Shown here: piece by piece, positions 9,884-17,362 of the stretch
Layout of the letters: every line of letters starts with the position of its first letter
How positions within the stretch are numbered: position 1 is the stretch's first letter
NCBI GenBank assembly: GCA_037443085.1
Contig: JBBIPA010000002.1
Location: 13,739 to 77,738 of the forward strand
DNA: 64,000 nt
Direction: 5' to 3'
From: Chloroflexota bacterium
Lineage (GTDB): Bacteria; Chloroflexota; Dehalococcoidia; GIF9; UBA5629
Notes under the pieces: model-generated
Seen by the model: only the letters and a program-made list of their open reading frames with translations
What the model was told of the DNA's origin: nothing
Database searches by the model: none
Position numbers and translations under genes: made by a program

Positions 9884-10292
9884 TACCGCGGCTTAGACCT
9901 AGCGGTCCCAGTTCCCTGAGCTGCTCCGTCATCTCGTTGACGATGGCGGCGAATCGGTCGCCTTCAGAAGCTGAGACCCAGTCCAGCCTGACTCGTTTAT
10001 CTTCTATGCCGAACTGGTTAAGCATTTTCTTGAGCAGGGGTATCCGGCGGGCTGCTTTAACATTACCTTCAAGGTAATGACATTCGCCGGGATGTCAGCC
10101 GCAGACCAGTACGCCATCTGCTCCTTTTTCGAAGGCTTTGAGGATAAAGGTAGGCTCGACGCGGCCGCTACACATCACCCGCACCACGCGCATATTGGGG
10201 GCATATTTCTTGCGGGAGGTGCCTGCCAGGTCAGCGCCAGCATAGGAACACCAGTTACATAAGAATCCTACAATCTTCGGCTCGTAGCTCAT
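9864..10292 (-). CDS. mvhD: MvhD, the hydrogenase delta subunit that bridges Hdr, selenocysteine-containing. The in-frame TGA at 10095-10097 is read as Sec.
   Basis: ORF-track 10095..10397 ends ...GADGVLVCG at a TGA. The same frame continues [48 protein letters not shown]... to TAA at 9864-9866, rebuilding the conserved MvhD GC(U)HPGxCHY core. The start is at [17 protein letters not shown] (ATG 10292), and the plus-strand tcat at 10289-10292 gives an ATGA overlap with the hdrA stop. Confidence 0.8.
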
Positions 10293-12250
10293 ACTAAAGC
10301 TCCTTCTATCTGTGCCATAATCTGCTCGGTGGTGAAATGCCTGGTAATGATGGCAGCGCTGGGACAGGCGGCAGCGCAGGTGCCACAGCCTTTGCACAGC
10401 GCTTCGTTGATTACGGACACTTTTTTATTCTCATCAAAGGAAATGGCATTGTAAGAGCACATTCCAATACAGGTCTTGCACCCGGAGCAAAGCTCCTCCT
10501 GCACCACGGCGGTGGCAGCCTCGATTTCCACACTGCCCTTGCTGATTATGGAGAGTACTCGTGCTGCAGCTGCTGATGCCTGGGCGACGGTATCAGGAAT
10601 ATCCTTCGGTCCCTGGCAACAGCCGGCGATAAATACGCCGTCGGTGGTGGTAGCTATGGGGTCAAGCTTGGGATGCTTTTCCAGGAAGAAGCCATCTTTG
10701 CTTCTGCTGATGGAGAGCTGTCGGGCAACTTCAGCCACATCAGCCCTTGCCTCCAGTGCGGTGCTCAGCACCACCATGTCAACGGGGATGCGGCGCTGCT
10801 TGCCGAGCAAGGTGTCTTCACAGATAACCACCAGCTTTCCCTGCTCTTCAGGACTTTCGGCGGCGTCGGTAACCTCGGCAGCACGGCCGCGGATGAAATT
10901 GACACCTTCTTCCTGAAGTCGGTTGTAGAACTCTTCATAGCCTTTTCCGAAGCAGCGCAGGTCGATGTAGAGCTGGTAGATATCGGCATCGTGATTTTTT
11001 TCCCTGATAAGGTGGGAGAACTTGAGCGAATACATGCAGCAGACTCGGGAGCAGTACTCATGGTAGTTGCTGTCACGGCTGCCCACACAATGAAGGATAG
11101 CCACGCTCTTGGGCATCGAACCGTCTTTGCGCATTATCTTGCCTCCAGTGGGACCTGAGGCGCTGCTCATTCTTTCGAACTGAATGCCGCTGATGACATT
11201 GTCCAGCCGTCCGTAGCCGAACTGGGAGACAATGGTGGGGTCGAAGTTGTCGAAGCCGGTGGTGACGATGATGCAACCCACGTTCACCTCGACTGTTTTC
11301 TCCGTTTGCTCGAAATCGATAGCCTTGGCTTCACAGAACTTTTCACAGGCGCGGCATTTACCTTTGAGGAAGTAGGTGCAGTGCTCGCGGTCGATGACGG
11401 GCACATTGGGCACTGCCTGCGGGAAGGGGGTATAGATTACTTTCCTGGTGCCGACACCGCCGTCAAATTCGCTTGATGCCTTCATGGGGCATTTCTCCTG
11501 GCAGGTGCCACAGCCATTGCATTTGCTTTCATCTACATAGCGGGGCTTCTGTTTAATTTTAACCTTGAAATTACCCACGTATCCTGAAACATCCACGATT
11601 TCGCTATAAGTCATCAGCTCGATGTTTTTGTGTGACCTCACCGAGGCCATTTTCGGGGTGAGTATTCAGGCGCTACAGTCTAAAGTGGGAAAGGTCTTGT
11701 CCAGTTGCGCCATATGGCCACCGATGGAAGGCTCGCGCTCCACCAGAAACACCTTGTTACCGGAGTCGGCGATTTCCAGTGCTGCCTGGATACCAGCGAT
11801 GCCGGCGCCGACGATGAGGGTGTTGGCGTTTACCGGCACCTCTTTGGTTTCCAGCGGCTGATGGTAGTAGACGCGTCTTACTGCACCACTCACCGCTGAC
11901 TTGGCTTTCTCCGTGGCTGCTGCCTTGTCTTCGATGACCCAGGAACACTGCTCGCGGATGTTCGCCATTTCAAAGAAGTAGGGGTTCAAGCCGGCGCTGG
12001 CCAGGGCTTGTCGGAAGGTTTGCTCATGCAACCTGGGTGAGCATGAGGCAACCACCACACGGTTGATTCCCTGCTCCTTAATGTCGTTTTTTATCAGCTC
12101 TTGCCCCGGGTCGGAACACATAAATTTATATTCGCGGGCAAGGGCTACTGATGGTAGACCTTTGGCGAAATTAGTCACCTGCTCAACATCGACCGTGCCG
12201 GCGATGTTAGCGCCACAATGACAGATATAGACGCCTATTCTGGGCTCCAT
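10289..12250 (-). CDS. hdrA: Heterodisulfide reductase subunit A (HdrA, FAD and FeS flavoprotein), selenocysteine-containing. The in-frame TGA at 11666-11668 is read as Sec.
   Basis: ORF-track entries 11666..12313 and 10289..11650 share one frame and are separated only by TGA plus ILTPK. Joined they read ...[48 protein letters not shown]..., matching the conserved HdrA FPTxDCSxC(I/L)LxPKM segment with Sec at a Cys position. The start is at [13 protein letters not shown] (ATG 12250), which has an AAGGAGG RBS. Confidence 0.85.
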
Positions 12251-12264
12251 TCGCGCCTCCTTAA

Positions 12265-13143
12265 TTATTTGCTCAAATATCCAGCCAGGGCTTTTTGGGG
12301 TGAAACGATACATTTCCCCAGGCCTAAGTCTTTGCTTTCAATGCCGAATGCCACCCCCATGAGTTGAGTGAAGAATAATACGGGGATGTTGAATTTGGTG
12401 TTAAATTTGTTATTTACCTTGCTCTGGTAGACATCGAGGTTGGTCTGACAGAGCGGGCAAACAGTGACTATGCACTGAGCACCGTTGTTGGCAGCGCTGT
12501 TAAACAGTTTATGCAGCAAGCCCAGGGCAATATCTTCTTCAGATAAGATGAGCGACCCTCCGCAGCAGCGGGCTTTCAGGGGGAAGGGCACTGCCTCGGC
12601 TCCCAGGCTGGTAACTAAACCATCGAGTGATTTAGGAAATTCTGGGTGGTCGAAGCTGGGTCCCGGCCTGACAATCTGACAGCCATAGTATGGGGCTACC
12701 TTCAGCCCGCTGAGGTCTTTTTTCACCCGTGTCTTAACCTGCTCGGAGCCAATATCATTGACGAACACATCGAGGAGATGGCGCACCTTCACCGTGCCGT
12801 TATATTCCAGCTTGCCGGCTGCCAGTGCTTCTTTTACCTCACCTCTCAGTTCAGGATATTCTTTGAGGGCAGTGTTGGTTTTTATGAGGAGGACAAAGCA
12901 GGCGCTGCAGGGGGTGACCAGGTCAAAGCCTCTTTTCTCCGCCAGCGCCAGGTTGCGCGCTGAGCAGCAATAGGAAGCCAGTTCATCCACAGAAGAATAT
13001 GGCGTTGACCCGCAGCAGTTCCAATTCTCCAGCTCGATAAGTTCCACGTCCAGCGCTTTGGCCACGGCCTGGGCGGAACGGTCATAGGCCGTCGAGTTGC
13101 CATGGGCGGCAGAGCAGCCGGGAAAGTAGGTATAGTATTTCAT
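12265..13143 (-). CDS. hdrB: Heterodisulfide reductase subunit B (two CCG domains)
   Basis: Contains NWNCCGSTP and a second CCGGSL motif. 292 aa. Confidence 0.85.
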   Translation of the reverse strand: MKYYTYFPGCSAAHGNSTAYDRSAQAVAKALDVELIELENWNCCGSTPYSSVDELASYCCSARNLALAEKRGFDLVTPCSACFVLLIKTNTALKEYPELRGEVKEALAAGKLEYNGTVKVRHLLDVFVNDIGSEQVKTRVKKDLSGLKVAPYYGCQIVRPGPSFDHPEFPKSLDGLVTSLGAEAVPFPLKARCCGGSLILSEEDIALGLLHKLFNSAANNGAQCIVTVCPLCQTNLDVYQSKVNNKFNTKFNIPVLFFTQLMGVAFGIESKDLGLGKCIVSPQKALAGYLSK

Positions 13144-13721
13144 TATCGGGTTCCTCCTATTACGATGGCCTCAGCCTTGTCCAGGATGGCTTTAAGCTGG
13201 GCCTCTGCCTCCGGTTTCATTCTTTTGGCTTTGGGGGACAGTCGCCCGTGCCTCAGCAGGCTGAGTGCTTGAGGCAGCATCTTGATGGCGCGTAAGGGAT
13301 TGGTCAGCAGATAGTACCACGTCATGAAACCCATTTCCGGGACACTGCCGATGCTATAGACAAAGTCACTGAAGCTGCGATACATCTTCGGTGTGTAACT
13401 GCGCCCGCTGCTGACATTATTGCGCAATGCCAGGCATTCCAGCGTGTGCATCAGGTCTGTAGGCTTGATGCCCCGCGGACAGCGCACCGTGCACAGGTAA
13501 CAGGAGAGACAGAGCCAGGGTGAATGACTGGAGAGTACCTCGTCTCGCATGCCCGCCCGCGCCATGGCGATAAGTTGACGGGGCGTATAGTCCATCCTGG
13601 TGGCATTGGGACAGGATGCAGAACAGGTGCCACACTGGATGCAGAGCTTGACCACTTCACCGCCAGGGATGGCGCTGATTTCATTTACGAAATTAGTAGT
13701 GCCTTGCTTCTTTATTTCCAT
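13143..13721 (-). CDS. hdrC: Heterodisulfide reductase subunit C (two 4Fe-4S clusters)
   Basis: Carries the CIQCGTCSASCP and CLSCYLCTVRCP ferredoxin motifs. Its stop overlaps the hdrB start as TAATG. Confidence 0.85.
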   Translation of the reverse strand: MEIKKQGTTNFVNEISAIPGGEVVKLCIQCGTCSASCPNATRMDYTPRQLIAMARAGMRDEVLSSHSPWLCLSCYLCTVRCPRGIKPTDLMHTLECLALRNNVSSGRSYTPKMYRSFSDFVYSIGSVPEMGFMTWYYLLTNPLRAIKMLPQALSLLRHGRLSPKAKRMKPEAEAQLKAILDKAEAIVIGGTR

Positions 13722-13968
13722 TGTACACCAACCTATGCTTTATTTGATGACTTTTGCGACTTATTTGGTGGGGCCTTGTGGTATGATTATTGTTGTAGTT
13801 TCATGTTGCCTGGTTAAGTATAACACCATTTCGTATCTTGACCAAACGGCTTCAGTTATACGTTATCTACACGCTAAAATTCGCCAGAATCCGCTGCAAG
13901 AAGGGGGGAGGAGCGAGATTAGGCTGAGGCTACCTGCAGCGGATCCTGGCAGTTAAAATAGGGAGGTA

Positions 13969-14145
13969 TTATCGTCGGGCAAGCTCTTCTGCGCCTTTGA
14001 GCACCATCTCTCTTCGCTTCTGGCGCTGGCGTGCATCGCGCATCACCTGGAGCAGGCCGCTGACGTTCATATACCAGATGAACGCTATAGGGAAGGCGAT
14101 GATCATTATGCCTATGATGATCGCCACTATGAAGTACCAGGGCAT
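13969..14145 (-). CDS. Small single-TM protein (58 aa), a paralog of the 14173..14355 gene. It is below the 60 aa cut-off, so it is absent from the ORF track.
   Basis: Manual translation gives MPWYFIVAIIIGIMIIAFPIAFIWYMNVSGLLQVMRDARQRQKRREMVLKGAEELARR. An AAAGGAG RBS sits 8 nt upstream. Confidence 0.5.
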   Translation of the reverse strand: MPWYFIVAIIIGIMIIAFPIAFIWYMNVSGLLQVMRDARQRQKRREMVLKGAEELARR

Positions 14146-14172
14146 TTCGCTTTCTCCTTTCTTTGCCTAAAT

Positions 14173-14355
14173 CTATTGAGTATTTCTCTCGGTTACCGCT
14201 GCCATTCTTTTCTGTTGCTCTCGGGCAGCCCGTCTCTTCCGCGCCTCGCGCACGGAGGCATAAATACCGCCGACGTTCAGGTACCAGATAAATGCCACCG
14301 GAAAGAGAATGATGGGTATGGCTATGATTAAAGCTACAATAAATTCCCAGTGCAT
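14173..14355 (-). CDS. Small single-TM protein (60 aa) with a basic C-terminal tail
   Basis: MHWEFIVALIIAIPIILFPVAFIWYLNVGGIYASVREARKRRAAREQQKRMAAVTERNTQ. A strong AAGGAGGTG RBS lies upstream, and the protein is about 50% identical to the adjacent small ORF. Confidence 0.55.
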   Translation of the reverse strand: MHWEFIVALIIAIPIILFPVAFIWYLNVGGIYASVREARKRRAAREQQKRMAAVTERNTQ

Positions 14356-14462
14356 TTCTCACACCTCCTTTCTGTCCACTCCGTTTGTTCTTCCAATCCC
14401 CTTTTATATCTGAGGGTAGAGGTAAGAGAAAGGAGAGAGGAACTAAGTCGGCGAAACTTTTT

Positions 14463-14488
14463 GTTGCTCTTGCCTGTTGCTCTTGCCT
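14463..14488. promoter_or_regulatory. Perfect 13 bp tandem direct repeat GTTGCTCTTGCCT x2 in the divergent intergenic region; a candidate regulator binding site.
   Basis: The exact repeat lies between the small-protein/hdr operon (minus) and the response regulator gene (plus). Confidence 0.3.
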
Positions 14489-14678
14489 CTATCCACTGTA
14501 TCTAGGCTAACATAGTCGTGCGAAACTGACTTCCGCCCTGATGCTTGTTTTAAACTGTTGAAAATACCTGGTTTGCCGGCAGAAATTGAGTATTTATGCT
14601 TATTGCGCTACTGCCCGGGCGAAACGCCGAGATGTAGCTGAGAATAGGCTCTATTCAAAGCAGGCTGCTGCGATTGTC

Positions 14679-14687
14679 TGGTATAAT
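14679..14687 (+). promoter_or_regulatory. Extended -10 promoter element TGGTATAAT for the response regulator gene
   Basis: A TGnTATAAT match sits about 30 nt upstream of a GGGAGAGGAGG RBS and a TTG start at 14719. The ORF-track ATG at 14674 overlaps this element. Confidence 0.35.
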
Positions 14688-14718
14688 GGACACAGGTATA
14701 CGGGAGAGGAGGCGTACC

Positions 14719-15384
14719 TTGGCGAAGATTAAAATTTTAATCGCTGATGACCATGCGGTGGTTCGCGAGGGGACACGGCGGATATTGAACCAGGAAGAGG
14801 ACATGGAAGTTGTGGCGGAAGCCAGCGATGGGGATGAGGCGGTAAGTCTGGCGGCTCAGTATAGACCTGATGTGGCTATCATCGATATCTCCATGCCCCG
14901 GCTCGACGGTATTGAGGCTACCAGGCAAATAAAAACTTCCTATCCGGAGATGGTGGTGTTAATTCTCAGCGCCTATGATGATGACCAGTTTGTCTTCAGT
15001 TTGCTTGAGGCCGGTGCTGCTGGATACCTGCTAAAAAGTGTGCACGGGCAGGAGCTGGTAGATGCTGTGCGGGAAGTGTATGCCGGCGAATCAGTATTGC
15101 ATCCTTCTATTGCTAAGAAGGTGTTGAGCAAGTTTGCCAGGACACCCGGCAGGGTGGTGGAGGAGAAGCCTGATGAGCTATTGAGCAAACGGGAGATAGA
15201 GGTGTTGAAGCTGGTGACCAGGGGATTAAGCAATAAAGAGATAGCCGATGAGCTTTGTTTGAGCATACGGACAGTGCAGGGGCACGTGGGCAATATCTTC
15301 AATAAGCTGAAGGTAAGCTCCCGGACGGAGGCGGTGGTGAATGCTTTGAAGAAGGGGTGGGTGACACTTGATGACGAGGCTTGA
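14719..15384 (+). CDS. Two-component response regulator, NarL/FixJ (LuxR) family
   Basis: KIKILIADDHAVVREG...DVAIIDISMPRLDG REC domain plus a LuxR HTH (REIEVLKLVTRGLSNKEIADELCLSIRTVQGH). The start is moved to TTG 14719, downstream of the promoter, and is preceded by an RBS. Confidence 0.85.
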   Translation: MAKIKILIADDHAVVREGTRRILNQEEDMEVVAEASDGDEAVSLAAQYRPDVAIIDISMPRLDGIEATRQIKTSYPEMVVLILSAYDDDQFVFSLLEAGAAGYLLKSVHGQELVDAVREVYAGESVLHPSIAKKVLSKFARTPGRVVEEKPDELLSKREIEVLKLVTRGLSNKEIADELCLSIRTVQGHVGNIFNKLKVSSRTEAVVNALKKGWVTLDDEA

Positions 15385-15411
15385 AAGCTGTTTTGCTGTA
15401 ATTGAGGCATA

Positions 15412-17346
15412 GTGATGCTGCCGCAACTATCGTTAAGCTGGATTAGAGTTGTTCGCAAACCGACGTTCTGGCTTATCATCGTACTGCTGGCGTTCATCAC
15501 CGTTTTGCATTACCGCGAGGCGGTACTGATACCGTCCTTCCTCGCTGACCTGATAACGCAACTGGGCTTAAGCCGGCATGCCTTTGAGAGAATACTGTAC
15601 CTGGCGGTTATTATCTGGTCGGGTTTTTTGTTCGGCTGGAAGGGCAGTGTGGCTACTTCACTGGTGGCTCTGGTTTGCATGCTGCCCCGGGCACTGGTCA
15701 TTTCCACAACTCCCCAGGATGCCCTTTTCGAGACTGGCACCGTTTTCATCGTGGGCAATCTGGTAGCGTTTACTTTTGAGGCACTGCGCCGGGAACGGGA
15801 GCATCGTATTAGGCTGGCTGCTCTCAATGAAATCGTGGGCGCGGCCTCACAGTCACTGGAGATGAGTCAGGTGTTGCACAGCAGTGTAGATAACATTGTG
15901 AATGTGATGAAGGTGGATGCCGTACTGCTGTTTTTGCTGGATGAGGAGAGTGAAGAGCTTTCTCTGGCGGCGTACAAAGGTGTGTCAGACGAATTTGTGC
16001 GCAGTGTGGGTAAACTCAAGCTGGGTGAAGGTCTTAACGGCATGGTGGCTCAGACCGGGGAACCTGCGTATATCGAAGATGCCTCTATAGACCCCAGACT
16101 GACCAGGATGGCAGTGGCAGAGGAGGGCATCCACTCCGAGATGATTGTGCCGCTGAAATTAAAAGGAAGGGTGATGGGTACGCTGTGTGTGGCTGCTCAT
16201 AGGCGCTATGAATTTACTCGGGACGAGGTGAAAACGCTCACTGCTATCGGTAATCAGATTGGTGTTGCCCTGGAAAATGCCCGGCTTTATGAAAAAGAGC
16301 GTGAGGTTGCTGAAAAGCTTCGTATCTCTGAGGAAAGATACCGTCAGCTATTCGAGAATGCCAACGATGCCATCTGGATTAACGACGTCGACGGTAATAT
16401 TGTTTCGGCAAACGATGCGGCTAACAGGCTGGTGGGAGGTAACCTGGAAAGCCTATCACATACCAGCAGCAGGTCTTCTCTTTCCGACGAAAGCCTGCGT
16501 CTGGCAAATGAAATCAGAACCAGATTGCTACGAGGAGAGGCCGTTGATGAACCTTATGAACAAAAGCTGGTAGGAGAAGGCGGAGTTGAAAGGATTTTGA
16601 AGCTAACCACCAATGTATTTAAAGTGGATGGCAAGCCAACCGGCTTTCAACATATCGCCAGAGACGTGACCCAGGAAATACGGATGCAGGAAAATCTGCG
16701 TTTCTATCTGGAGCAGGTGACCAAGGCTCAGGAAGATGAGAGGATGCGCATTGCCCGGGAGCTTCACGATGATACCATTCAGGCTCTGGTGGCTCTGGCG
16801 CGGGAGCTAGATATGCTGGCCTCCAGCGAAGAGGGAATCTCCGAAGACAAGAAACACCTTATGGAGAATTTGAGGCAGCAGGCCAATACTACCATGGCGG
16901 GGGTACGCCGGCTGAGCCAGGATTTGCGTCCGCCCACCCTGGATCGCCTGGGGCTGGCAGCAGCCCTGGACTGGCTCGCCTCCAATGTGGAGGGCCACTC
17001 TGGCATAGCGGTGACGATGAAAAAAAATGGCAAGGAGAGGAGACTTGCCAGCGAAGTGGAGTTGCTGCTATTCCGCATTACCCAGGAAGCGCTGAGTAAT
17101 GTATGGCGTCATTCCCAGGCAACGCATGCTGAGGTGATAGTAGAGTTTGACCGCGACAGAATCAGGATAACGGTTAAAGATAATGGCAAGGGATTTGCCC
17201 TGACTCATCCTGCGGATGACCTGTCCCGGCGGGGTAAGTTTGGCCTGGTGGGGATGAAAGAGCGCGCCAAGCTATTGGGCGGCAAGCTTGAAGTGGATTC
17301 CAAACCAGGCAAAGGCACTACTATTAGCGTTGAGGCGCCGATATAG
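15412..17346 (+). CDS. Sensor histidine kinase (membrane domain, GAF, PAS, HisKA_3, HATPase_c)
   Basis: N-terminal TM helices, a GAF-like segment (DAVLLFLLDEESEELSL...), a PAS segment (YRQLFENANDAIWINDVDGNIV), an H-box RIARELHDDTIQAL, and an ATPase domain with DNGKGF. Confidence 0.85.
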   Translation: MMLPQLSLSWIRVVRKPTFWLIIVLLAFITVLHYREAVLIPSFLADLITQLGLSRHAFERILYLAVIIWSGFLFGWKGSVATSLVALVCMLPRALVISTTPQDALFETGTVFIVGNLVAFTFEALRREREHRIRLAALNEIVGAASQSLEMSQVLHSSVDNIVNVMKVDAVLLFLLDEESEELSLAAYKGVSDEFVRSVGKLKLGEGLNGMVAQTGEPAYIEDASIDPRLTRMAVAEEGIHSEMIVPLKLKGRVMGTLCVAAHRRYEFTRDEVKTLTAIGNQIGVALENARLYEKEREVAEKLRISEERYRQLFENANDAIWINDVDGNIVSANDAANRLVGGNLESLSHTSSRSSLSDESLRLANEIRTRLLRGEAVDEPYEQKLVGEGGVERILKLTTNVFKVDGKPTGFQHIARDVTQEIRMQENLRFYLEQVTKAQEDERMRIARELHDDTIQALVALARELDMLASSEEGISEDKKHLMENLRQQANTTMAGVRRLSQDLRPPTLDRLGLAAALDWLASNVEGHSGIAVTMKKNGKERRLASEVELLLFRITQEALSNVWRHSQATHAEVIVEFDRDRIRITVKDNGKGFALTHPADDLSRRGKFGLVGMKERAKLLGGKLEVDSKPGKGTTISVEAPI

Positions 17347-17362
17347 TGGTTTCAGAAGAAAG

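Noticed and set aside
13919-14362. 147 aa minus-strand ORF spanning both small TM-protein genes
   Set aside because: It is out of frame with the two RBS-preceded small genes and has Arg-rich low-complexity content. It is read as a spurious overlapping frame.
14973-15500. 175 aa minus-strand ORF (and 16779..17078) antisense to the response regulator and kinase genes
   Set aside because: It overlaps well-supported two-component genes, and its product is Ser/Thr-rich low-complexity.
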